Positions 35,665 to 47,064 of a stretch of DNA of 64,000 nt are shown here, piece by piece; the stretch's first letter is position 1; each line of letters begins with the position of its first letter. The stretch comes from Selaginella moellendorffii (lineage: Eukaryota; Plantae; Lycopodiophyta). The position numbers and the translations under genes are program-made. The notes below the pieces were generated by a model that saw nothing but the letters and a program-made list of their open reading frames with translations, did no database searches and had not been told where the DNA came from. The stretch is from the NCBI RefSeq assembly GCF_000143415.4, contig NW_003314352.1, positions 240,278 to 304,277 on the forward strand, read 5' to 3'.

Positions 35665-36274
35665 AATATGGGTTTATGTGCCATTAATATGGGCCACACG
35701 CCTATTATTAGATTTATGCACGTGTGATTGGTAAATGCATATGTCACATCATCTTTGTTTTACCTCACACACTATATCAGGCCTAATGAACCATATCACA
35801 TGTGTGCACATGCTATATATATGGAGAAGTATTATGCAAGGATAGAAAAATTCAATGCATGATTGTGGAGAGCAATGGCATGAAGCCACATGCTAAATAA
35901 CATTTTAGAGAAATAATTAAAATAAAAACATGCAAACAGTACTGAGTGGACCAAGACTTAGAAGTGCACAATTGAATGAGGTATTTCTAATAAATATTTC
36001 ACTCACCTCATATAGGAATGGCTACCACTCTCAAATGGCGTATCGCCTCATGCCATCACCTCACAATTTGTTATAACAATCCGATGAATTCATATTCGGC
36101 TTGTTCACCTTAAACTTTAAGTAAGATTTGCTAGAACAACTAAGAATTTATACTTGTTATTTGTATCATCTCACCTAGGAATGGCGTAAGGCCACATGCC
36201 ATCACGCCTCCTCTGATTCAGATTCGGATTGTTCACCTTGAAATAAAATACATTAGAAACTTAGTAAAGGAATA

Positions 36275-39094
36275 TTAATGAATCTCACCTTGAACCCGGG
36301 TTATGAATGCTCTTGCTGCATCTCTTGCATGGTCTGGCAAGGTGATGGTGGCACTCTGCTTCCGCATCCAACCATGCACAACATTATCCACCGATATGCT
36401 CATGCTGGGATCCCTTGGATTCAGCACCCATCTCTTTTCTAAGCAATCCTTCGTATATCCGGAACTTGGCTTGAACCACTCCACAGTTACATTGAAGGAG
36501 TTAGTTTCTGCGTCCTCCTCTGCATCAGTGATGCAGCGCCCCACCCATATCATTTGTTTTTTATTACTGGGTCTGACAAGCACGACCATTCCTTTGCAGA
36601 CCTGTACTGGATTGAATGCTGAATCCGGCTTCTTGTTCCTCAGCCCACAATAGTGATCCTCAACATCGTTATCTGTCACTACATTTCTAGAGGACATTGT
36701 TCCGCTACTATCTGGTGCTCTGGGTTCTGGCCAAAAGGACTCTTCCAATTCTTCATATACAACCGGCCCATTTTGGATAGCAGATATAATCTTCTCCCAG
36801 TATTCGAGCAAAGGCTTGCACCTCTTAAAATAGGATTCTCCACCAAACACCAACCCCCTCTTCCAGAAGGCAATATGCTGTCTAATCCCGGCCATTATAC
36901 TTTCCTGGTCTTTGAGTCCATCCGGGTGCATCGGCCATGGGGAACCCTGAGGAATCATAGGTTCCCCAGTTATGGGATCTCTCTTGAAGAGTTCAATGCC
37001 GTCCACTGGCAGCCACACTGTGTCCCATTCTCTCATCTTGTACCTCATCACTGGAGCACTGTCACGCATGCTGAAATGAAACTGAAGAGGCTTGGAGTGT
37101 AGCATTTCGGATCCGTCCCTGATGTAGCCTCTTACAAACCCCTTAAAGTCTGGAACCTCTGTCACAAGTGCAGCTTCAACAGTGCCTTTGATGCAATTTT
37201 GGAATTCATCGTAGAGTTGTGGGAGGGTGAGGACATTGGATCGCCGGAGGGACTCTGCCAGGTGATTGAACATGGCATCGATGTCTTCATGAGTGTGCCC
37301 AACCATGAGAAAGCCAAGTGTAACCGTTTCAAATATGCCTTTGGCAACAAGCATCGCCAAGTACGCGAAGACGTACATGTTTTTGTTCTCACTGCCAGCA
37401 TTGTCTGTTTGGAGCAGAAGATGGGGTGGAAGGCCACATCGGCTGCAAGAACTTCCTTGAGATTCTGCTTTGTTTGGATGAGGCTGTGCATTTACCGGGC
37501 GACCAGCCTCGTTAGAATGGCGTGAGGCCTCACGTGATAACCCTACAATCTGACGGCCAACATATTCACTGGGATGGCATGGGGCCCCACCCGATACTGC
37601 AAGCCTTTGCTCCTCCTCCAGCTGAACCCTGTATGGGGTTCGATCGACAAGGGCCTTATGCAAGGGTTGGCCGTTCAGCTCAGTCTGCGCACTGTGCAGA
37701 GACCTTAAGTGTTTTGCTAGGGACGTAATCATCATGTTTGCACCCCCGCCACCCCATAGAGGTACAAAGAAGTTCCCATAGTTTTGGGCACCATGCCCAT
37801 GAGTGATTATGCCAAATAGAGACACAGACAGCTGCATGGATGAAGAGATTGCCTTGGGGGTAGGATTGAGTCGAGGTAAGCACGTCTTTTTTTGGTCCAT
37901 TTTGTCGTGGATGATGTAGAGGTAAGAGTCAGGTCTCTCCATGGAGAGAATCCTGTTATGATAATATGTAGTCCTACAGCTTCTCTGCTCGATGTTGTGG
38001 TCGAGCTGCCTTCTAACCAACGTCTCTTGCTCTTGAGCGATGCAAGAATTCTTCGACAAAGCCATTTTGATAGCAGTGCACTCGTCACACTTTGAAAAGC
38101 TGGAGTACTTTCCTATACTCACATCCCTGAACCTGTTGCTCCACAATCTACTAAATCTAGATTGGCTCAGCTTCCTGTAGCCATTACTCTGGAGTTCCCG
38201 ATTCACATCTTCCAATATGGCCCCCTTGGTATACATGGAAGGGAGAACTCGTTGGGTGTCTCGAGTTCCATCTTCCAAGAGGCGGGTTTTATGTGGTTGC
38301 TGCTCGCTACATGTCTCGACAAACCTCTTGAAGATTGCCTCTCCATATACAACATGACCCCTGGTTTTGTGAGTACTGTCGTTCCCATGGACTGCCTGTT
38401 GAACCCTTTGTTCCTCGAACTCAATTTTGATTCTGTAGAATGTGGTTCGAGGGACTCCATAAATGATTCTCCATGCCTTCATGCAGACCAAACCCCTCTG
38501 GAAGACCATGCCCCCCACCTGATGTTCTGAAGCATCAACAGATGACCGTAATGCCTCATACACAAAATTGCGAGCTGCCTTCCAAGACAATGTCTTGTAT
38601 CTTGCTCTCTCCTCTTCAATAGCATCCCAATCAGCATGTTGACAGCACCTCCTCTTGCAACAAGCAACTATCGAGACCATTCGAACTTCCACCACCATTT
38701 TCTGCCTTTTCGGTTCGTTGCTCAGATCCCTTTGGCTGCGCTTTAGGAAGGTGTACTTTCTTTTCCCATGAAGAGATGTTCTGTCATCAGTTGTAGTGGT
38801 GTTTGATTGTGAATCCTTCACATTCTCAAACACTAAGTGCCTCAATTTCCACCGCACAATGCTCCCAATAGTCAGACTGTTTTCTTCTATGTCAACAACC
38901 TCTAAAATCGCAACTCCAATATCATCCCAGCCCAATTCTTGATTAGCAACCGCATCTCTTGGATCGACAACTGTGGCTAAGCCCTCAGCTACCACCTCCC
39001 CCTTGGGGTTGTTTAGAAACACCTTTGCCTGAATCCATGTAGCACGGTTCTTAAGATTCACGGAGGGAACATGCATCGCACTTGCGGAGGCCAT
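36275..39094 (-). CDS. Sola1/DUF7869-like DDD transposase (939-aa open frame; probably additional small exons)
   Basis: IIHDKMDQ / QTDNAGSENKN / GHTHEDIDAMF and Cys clusters; lies inside TIRs with a 4-bp TSD. Confidence 0.85.
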   Translation of the reverse strand: MASASAMHVPSVNLKNRATWIQAKVFLNNPKGEVVAEGLATVVDPRDAVANQELGWDDIGVAILEVVDIEENSLTIGSIVRWKLRHLVFENVKDSQSNTTTTDDRTSLHGKRKYTFLKRSQRDLSNEPKRQKMVVEVRMVSIVACCKRRCCQHADWDAIEEERARYKTLSWKAARNFVYEALRSSVDASEHQVGGMVFQRGLVCMKAWRIIYGVPRTTFYRIKIEFEEQRVQQAVHGNDSTHKTRGHVVYGEAIFKRFVETCSEQQPHKTRLLEDGTRDTQRVLPSMYTKGAILEDVNRELQSNGYRKLSQSRFSRLWSNRFRDVSIGKYSSFSKCDECTAIKMALSKNSCIAQEQETLVRRQLDHNIEQRSCRTTYYHNRILSMERPDSYLYIIHDKMDQKKTCLPRLNPTPKAISSSMQLSVSLFGIITHGHGAQNYGNFFVPLWGGGGANMMITSLAKHLRSLHSAQTELNGQPLHKALVDRTPYRVQLEEEQRLAVSGGAPCHPSEYVGRQIVGLSREASRHSNEAGRPVNAQPHPNKAESQGSSCSRCGLPPHLLLQTDNAGSENKNMYVFAYLAMLVAKGIFETVTLGFLMVGHTHEDIDAMFNHLAESLRRSNVLTLPQLYDEFQNCIKGTVEAALVTEVPDFKGFVRGYIRDGSEMLHSKPLQFHFSMRDSAPVMRYKMREWDTVWLPVDGIELFKRDPITGEPMIPQGSPWPMHPDGLKDQESIMAGIRQHIAFWKRGLVFGGESYFKRCKPLLEYWEKIISAIQNGPVVYEELEESFWPEPRAPDSSGTMSSRNVVTDNDVEDHYCGLRNKKPDSAFNPVQVCKGMVVLVRPSNKKQMIWVGRCITDAEEDAETNSFNVTVEWFKPSSGYTKDCLEKRWVLNPRDPSMSISVDNVVHGWMRKQSATITLPDHARDAARAFITRVQGEIH

Positions 39095-41434
39095 TCTGAA
39101 AGTGCAGAAAAGAAGTTAAGACCATACAAAAAATGATTGGAGAATGGCCTAAATCATAATATACCAAACAACCTCAATAGCATGAGGCCACATACCATTA
39201 TTCAAACATGCTATTGACACCCATGTGAAATTTCGCATTCACAAAATTGGCATGAGCCCTCATGCCATCTTGATATACACACAGCTGCAGGCAAGTAAAA
39301 ACATACATGACAATACGCTAGCCATGAAATTGCAAGGGCCCAAGATGGCATGTGGCCTCATGCCATTTCTAAATGTGGTCCTAAGCCATTCCATGGTGAA
39401 CATACCAGGAAGCACAAGTGCCGAATATCAAGAGGAAGCGGTAGCCACACCAAAGACAGTGCCACTCGCAACACCACAACTACTCGTAGCGCCGCTCGCA
39501 ACACCGCAACTGCTCGTAGCGCCGCTCGCACAAACTGCCACTCGCATAAACTGCCACTCGCATAAACTGCCGCTCGCAATGGCACTCGCAATGCCGCAAC
39601 CGCTCGTAGACGCATAAACCACAGCTCACAACGCCGCTTACACAAGCAGCGCTCACTGCGCTCAGCGGAACCAAGAACACGGCGCACAAAAATGATAGAC
39701 CTAGGAATGAGTTCGAGAATTCAAAAATAACACACGCTTGAACGTCACATCAAATCCTCTGACAAACCAGATCTTATGATTCCTCTGACAAATTTCAAAT
39801 TGAGTAGCTTCTAGACTTTGCTGTCGGAGGTTGAACTTTGTCACATCATGTCTTTGCCTCGATCCAGCTGTGCCATGTCAGTGATTTGAACTTTGCCATG
39901 CTATGTTAGCGATCCTCGCTAAGATTATTCGCCATGTAAAGGAATAATTATGCTGTGTGTGTATGTCCATTTATGGCAATATAAGGCCACACGCCATTCA
40001 AAGAATAATGCTAGTCGAGCATTTTTTAGTGCATTTTTGGGTTCAAAATTGCATGAGCCCACACGCTATAAAGTTTACCTGTACCAAAAATAGAAACAGT
40101 TTTATTTACTTGGGAATTTAAGTGGTTGAGGCATTTTTAAATTTACAAACACATGCCCTACTTACATTCCTTTGGTTGCTTAAAATTCAAAAATATTATA
40201 AACCTTTCTTTTTGCATTTTCAATGTTTTCAATTATGGTTTTTGATTTTCGCAGGACCAGCCTAGTAATCTATTTGCATCCTGTCATGTTTATAGCTAGC
40301 TTTCGTTTGTCCCCTTCGCTAGCTTGAGATACATCTGCTCGGCATCTGCCTCTTACAGCATTTGCCCAGAAAGGGCATCTTTCTTCACGCAGCATTTGCC
40401 ACATGTTTAGGGTTTAAGGTTTAGCAATTCAGTAGCTTGATAAACATGCAAATATAGAACTTGATGCAAAATCCTTTGATATGTCGGGACCATAAACACA
40501 TTTCAATAGAGAGGGTCCTTTCATTTCATAACTCCTTACATAGATCTTGGTGAAACCAGAGTTAGTGAAGTTGGTTTCTTGTGATCCCGCATTTGATTGT
40601 GATGTCCCTTTGCAGTGTCGATGGAAAGGTCAATGCACACTAAACTGTAGAATCTTGGAGCAAAATAACGGTCGGATATATGGCAAATGCCCCTGAAACA
40701 TTGTAAGGCTCGTGTGGTCTCATGTGGTGTCCGATCGAGATGCTTCTTTGCAGGGTCATCAAGAAGGACATTGTATACCATTCTTTATTTAGCTGAACAT
40801 CTGGCATTTTTGGAAATACAAGATGCTTTGGAATATCCAATCATGCATGGTATAAATATAACGAGGGTATTAAATGATATCCCAATCATGATCTTTCTTT
40901 TGGATTTTGCGTGCATGCAGTCTGAGGAATGATGACGTTGCGGATTTCTTTTGGATTTCACATGCATGCATGCGCGCGGCGATCCAGAAATTAATGGTGG
41001 CGCCTAAGTCCGAGGAATGATGACGTTGCGGGATTACCAACCGTCTTGACATTTCGCGCGTGTGAGGTTAGGTTTTGCATTTTGCTTCGTACTCGCGCTC
41101 CCACTCGCAATCACGCTCACATTCGCGCTCATCTACCTTCTCTACAGGTTTCTCGTGTGCATCGGCGTCCACTCGCGCTTGCATCACACTCGCGCTCGCA
41201 TCGCGCTCGTGTGCATCGGCGTCCACTTCAAGACACACCCAGTTTGTAAATTCGCCGCCAACTCCGCCGCCCACTCCGCCACCCACACGCAGCCCACTTG
41301 GCGTCCCGAGAGATTTCAGCGCCACTCTCCAACTGTAAGTGGCAGAGTAGCCTTGCTGCTACGATCCGCTGCACACACAGTGCACATTCGCTAGCGAGTC
41401 CGGCCTCGATTGTCACGCCTCCATTCGGCTTCAA

Positions 41435-44400
41435 ATGGTAAGTCTTTTAGGCCAAGTAGAAAGTGGCATGAGGCCACATGCCATTCAGTAGCAACATTGG
41501 CATGCACCGATTGGGCTCTCGAGTGCAATCTGGTTACAAATGGTGTGTAGCCTCACGCCATCTTAGGATGCAGCCTCAAGACATCTGATGCAGTGGTGAA
41601 TGGCGTGTGGCCTCACGTTATTTCCAGCTGCTAGCTTTTCATTTGTCAGCTCTAATTGTTGTGCATTTCTGAACAGGCGAGGAATTGCATTCTTCTTCTA
41701 GCCACTGTCAATGTGGATGCAGAGAAGGGGGAGGAGCTCACCAGTTGGACTTTCGGGATGGAAGGCGAGGATCTAAGGCTGTACAACACAGATGGTGGGA
41801 GAAAAGAATGCATAGGGATCCTCATCCAAGTGACAGACACTCCATGCAGTTCCATGCAAGAATATGGACTAGCACTTGTGGTAGAGACAGCGTCCGCCTT
41901 CAAGATCCACCTTGCACATCCTAGCGGCTTCCCGAAGGGGAGCAGCGGCTATGAGGAATTCCTAGAGGGAGCTAGGGAGAGGTTGTCCAGGAGGCCCACA
42001 ATTTCAAAGACGCTGCAGGTCTATGAAGATCACATGGAATCCACGGACCTCACCTACGGCAATGTTCAAAAACTATATTCCAACATTGAGCCGTTGAGAG
42101 TGCCTCCAGTTCGCGAAGCGAAGGGGAAGGGGGTTGATCTGGAAACTACCCCGAAGCAGAAAAGGGTGGTCAAGCTCAAGCCGACGTCCGACTCTCCTGC
42201 TCCAAAAAAGAAGCTACTCGGTGATGCCATTGCCTCGGGTTTGAACACTACACCCACCAAAAAGAAGAGCCGCAAAGAGCAGAAAGAGCAAGAAGAGGCA
42301 GCAAAAATCATCGCAGATAATAGTACTTGTTACTATTCCAACAAAGTATATACAATCGACGTGAGCCGTATCGACATCCAAAGCAAATACAACCACAGGC
42401 TAGTATTTGATGAGTGGGTGGAGAAACTGAAGCAGAAGATGCTGGCAAGTCCAGTAACACCCGACATCGCAGACGTGATCCCCTACTACCAAAAAATGAA
42501 GGGCGAGATGAGGTTTCCAGACTTGATCAATAGGAAGGTGTTGGACGATCAGAACATCCGGTTCTATGCCGTCTCCGGGTAGCATTCTAGCTTGGCGATG
42601 CAAGAGATAGTTGTGGATATTATGGTGGGCGAGGAGGTGAAGAAAGTCTTCAAGACAAGAGTTGTCCGCCTGATAAAAGGCAACTCGCCCCTCCGATCTA
42701 TCATATACATCTCCCACGTGTAGAATGTCAAGCAAGAAATGTGCTACAAATCGGGTCTACACGAGACATTGGCACGAACACAGAAGCTCTGGGTTCAACT
42801 GAAGAAGCCACAAAAACCAGGACAAGGATGTGCACTAGCAACTAGCGCCTGGCAGGTAAGCCTCGTTGCATGTGGTATAGCATGTGGCCTCACACCATTT
42901 CCATTGCAGGAATTCTCGAGTCTTCTCTTGAAAACACTGGGGGTCAATGACACACTCAGCATCCATAACATTCTACTCGCGACAAAAGTTGTTTTTGACA
43001 AATGGGTAGATGTGCTGAGGAGGTATCATGACGGGGAGTTGCTAAACTCAATGGGTGTGGAGGACGGCCGGAAGCCCAATGATTTGAAGCTTAACGCCTT
43101 GCGTTTCTCGCGGTCTCTAGACGACGACGACCTTCTGACAGTGGCTAATGCTCTTCTACGTGGTGAGGTAGTCTTCAACAAGACCAAAATGACTCCCGGC
43201 CATATTGTGACATACGAGGACTTGTGCACGACTCTGAGAGCTCGTGCGCTATTGAAGGATTGGATCTTCAAGCAAGTGGCCGTAGAGAGGGTGAGCATCG
43301 ACACCACACAAGAGATGATGGAAGAGCTGGAGTTGTCAAATGAAGACATTGACGAGTACGAGAAGGGGGCCCCCAAGTTCACCGATCTGCTGTGGGATGC
43401 CACGAAAAGTAAAGCTGAGAAGTTGGATCAGTATCCAAATTTCATTAAGAGGGATGTCGACCGCCGGCTTCTGAAACAGCTCGACCCTGCAGCAAAGGCC
43501 TATCGAGAACCTTACCGGGTATACATGAATTCGGATGAGGATCAAAGGTGGAGGAGCATCGTTTCCCGTGGAGATGAGCAGGTCAAGAACATCTTTTGTG
43601 TGATGGACTTCACAAACGAGGAGATCACTCATGCAGAGGAAATTAGCTCCATCATTGACTTAATGGTGGGACTTGCGGAGGTGGAATCTTCAGTCCACTA
43701 TATGATCTACGACTCCGAATCCTATCACAAGTTCTGGAAGGCCTTGAACGAGGTGAAGGCTCGGTTGAAAGGCAAGGAGATGCGGGAGATCCATGGGATA
43801 ATGGCTAAGAAGAAGATACCGACGAATGTCCACATCTTCACACTTGCCCTTGTTATTGGTCCTGCAGCAGAGTGGGACTGGAGTGACTTCCCAGCTTCGT
43901 TAGACAAAGCCGATCGAATTGATCTGAGGGAGATCAATTTACCCGTGCCTGAGGAACTGAAGACAGCTATGGAGCTTTCGAATCCAAAGAAAGCTCCAGG
44001 TGCAGCATGGGAAATGCTCAGCTGGGTCTTCAACACAATAGCAGGTGGGTCACCTGCTTCCGACTCCAAGGGCAAATGCGTTGTCGAGTACAACTGCAGC
44101 GGACTATTCTTTCGAGCCGCACTACTCAAGGGTGTCTCGTGTGTTGCGGTGACAAACTCCATTGAAGAGGTGACTTCAATGGAGCATATAATTACAGTTG
44201 CCAAAGAAAAACAGTATCTTCTTTGCGAACCTGGTGAGTACGCACTTTAAGTTTAAATGTTATCTCACAAGCTCTGTATGCAGAAGCGTGGCCACCCCCA
44301 GATGCTGAAACGGCATTAACAGCTACTGTTGAAGATACCCATGTTGGGCCGAGCTCACAACCTGCACAAGGTAAGGTCACGTGAGGCCTCACGCCATTTT

Positions 44401-47064
44401 GATTATAGATCGTTGTGAATATTCAGACATGAGGACTGAAAAGCGCACTGGTGGCACGTCGAAGAAGGACAAACAGACAAGCAATAGGAAAAAAGGAGGT
44501 ACAAATTATATTTGCAATGGCGTGTGGTCTCATGCCATTCCTTGCAGGAGACACTTCTTCAAAGGCAAAACAGGCAAGCACCAGCCAAGCTCAAACTGAC
44601 AGTGGTCATAAAAAGTGAAAGCACGTTGGATAGTCGTCGGGATCAGAGGCGTTTGATTCGAAAAGGAAGAAGGGCAACAAAAAGATGATAGGTAATGCCT
44701 CGTGGTTATGGCGTGTGTGCTCATGCCATTCATTGCAGATCAAGGGCTGAGTGAAAGCAGCCAGTCACCACCTCCTGACTCAGATTCCTATGGCGGACTC
44801 CCCTTCCCCAATCTCAATGGAGAGGTACAATGGATGAGGGATGCTTTTCAAGTCAGGGCCACGTTTTTCTCATCTCGTCGTCTTCGAAGGGTGCAAGAAC
44901 GTGCAAAAACCATGTTAAGACAGTCGGGTGAGGATACGGTCCTAGGTCACGCACTAAAACAGGCTATGGATGTCTTGTATTTTGAGATGGAGACTCGGCC
45001 AGATGATTTTCCCAAGATGGTCCTGGAAGAACAAGCCATCCAGCTTGAGCAGCCTATGGAAGAAATGCAGGAGGGGGATGAGGAGCCAGAGAAAGATAAT
45101 GAGCAGGAAGAGCAGAAGGATGAAGAGGAGGACAAAGAAGAGGAGGACAAAGAAGAGGAGGACGAAGAGGACTTGGATGGTCCTCACAATGGTGATGATC
45201 ACAATAACGACGACGACGATGATGACGACGATGGCCAGCCTAAGGTGGCCAAAGAGCAGCAGAGGAAGGTCATACAAGACAAACCATCAAGTAAATAATA
45301 GTACATCCATTCCTAACCTTTTACCATTTCTAACATTGTCCATGTAGGTCGCAGAGCAAATGGTAAGTAGAGATTATTCAGTTGAATTAAGATACAAACT
45401 CTAGCCTTTAGTGTCGAGGAAGGATAGTGCCAAGCAAGGGTCGAAACGTATGTCCAATCCTTCAGAATCAACAGTGCGCCCAAGTGATATCGGTCCTAGT
45501 TCCTCAATAGCAGTTGATGGTAAATACAGTATAGTCGATTCAATGTGCTAATGAGTTTGTTTTTAGTAGCCAGTAGGGAGGATACCATCTCAATCGAAGG
45601 GAGATATTTGGACATGCATATGGATCCGCCAGTGAACTCTACTTGCCTGCAAGAGTCATCAGAGCTGGTGGAGGCTACTATCCATATCAACGCCAAGCAA
45701 GCTGACCACACTCCACTTGATGCTGCCCATACCACTGAGTCAATCTTGTCCACGTATCCAACTGACGGTGACCAGGCGCCATTGGACTCGCATGAGGCCG
45801 CCCCAGCCGCCGAGCCGGTCGTATCCTCATTTCCAACGGACTCAACGTGTGCCCAATCGTCTGACTACGCGCCGTTGGAACCTCCCTACACCGCCCCTGC
45901 TGCCTGTTCGGTCATGTCCACTTTGCCAATGGAGGCACCAGCTGAAATGGCGTGTGATCACACGCCATCGGAACCACCCCATGCCACTGTTGAGCCAGTT
46001 GTACCAGAGTCTACAGCTGAAATGGCATGTGCCCACATGCCATCGGATGCGATTGACCCCACATTGCAGAGGAGAGTATTTCCGCCCTTCACGTTTCCTT
46101 GACCAAAACCCTCTCAATGACCATCGGGAGCACCATTCGCTAATATTGTACATGGTAAAATTGACTTATACCATTTTTTATGCTGACGCATTTCATTTCA
46201 GAGTCACGGCGAAGGTATTGTATTGTTTTTGATCTGAACGGTGTCCTTTTCTCCCATGAGCGTGGCTCGTCCTCGAATGTCACTGCACCCTCCAAAGCCT
46301 GCGGTCGCAAGTTGGTCAAAAGAGACAGATTCACATTAATCACACGGGAGAAACTGCGGGATCTAATAATGACCATGCGACACTTAAAACAGAGGGCCGG
46401 GTTCAATTTGCAATTGGGAGTTTGGACATCCATGATGCGCCACAATGCATTAACGTTGCTACAGATGATGCACGATCAGACGCGAGTAATATTACAATTT
46501 GACTTTCTCCTAACGCAGGAGGATTGCTTGACTATGGTCTATGTGAGGGGTAGCAAGCCCATCTTCGTCAAGCCAGAGGCTGTAGTGATGAACCAAACTG
46601 CTAGGTCAAGTGAAATCCTCATCATCGATGACTCGCCGATTAAAACTGCAGCGAACACGCACACATATGCAATGCACCCCATCTCTTGCAGTATGGAAAC
46701 TAGGGAGAAGAAACCGTATGTTCTGGGGGACCTTGCAAAACAGCTTGGAGCGATGGTGATAGAGAACTGGCCAGTCCAGGAGGTGGCTGCAGAAATCAAC
46801 CAAATGGCAGATGGAACGGTATATCAGAAGCCATTTGATCGGACAGACACTAGTCATCATTTATGGCATGTATATTGTCTAGCCAAGCACTATCCGCATC
46901 TCCATAATCTGCTCAATCGGATGGGTTCTTCGACCACTGAACATGAGCGTGGACGTATTAGAGAAGAGATGGCATTACTATTGGGTTTAAATCCTGATAG
47001 TGTGGAGAGTGATGAAATTCCAAGATTATTGTATAGGCGTTGGAGGCAAAAAATAACAGTCTGA
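41435..47064 (+). pseudogene. Multi-exon cargo gene: ParB-like + MTase-like + acidic linker + FCP1/NIF-like HAD domain
   Basis: GT-AG introns at 41438-41676, 42856-42909, 44234-44283, 44371-44426, 44499-44547, 44692-44738, ~45291-45347, ~45363-45411, ~45520-45566, ~46155-46201 join all ORFs in one frame. Six internal stops are all TAG/TGA. Confidence 0.7.
46202..47064 (+). CDS. FCP1/NIF-like HAD phosphatase domain (last exon of the cargo gene)
   Basis: IVFDLNGVLF (motif I, DLN variant), LGVWTSMM (II), IFVK (III), LIIDDSPIK (IV). Confidence 0.75.

Noticed and set aside
36275-39094. CACTA or KDZ classification
   Set aside because: No CACTA termini; the TSD is 4 bp rather than 3 or 8; catalytic motifs fit Sola1/DUF7869 better.
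1-44410. One giant element with 10-kb TIRs
   Set aside because: Copy 2 has its own TIR pair and TSD.
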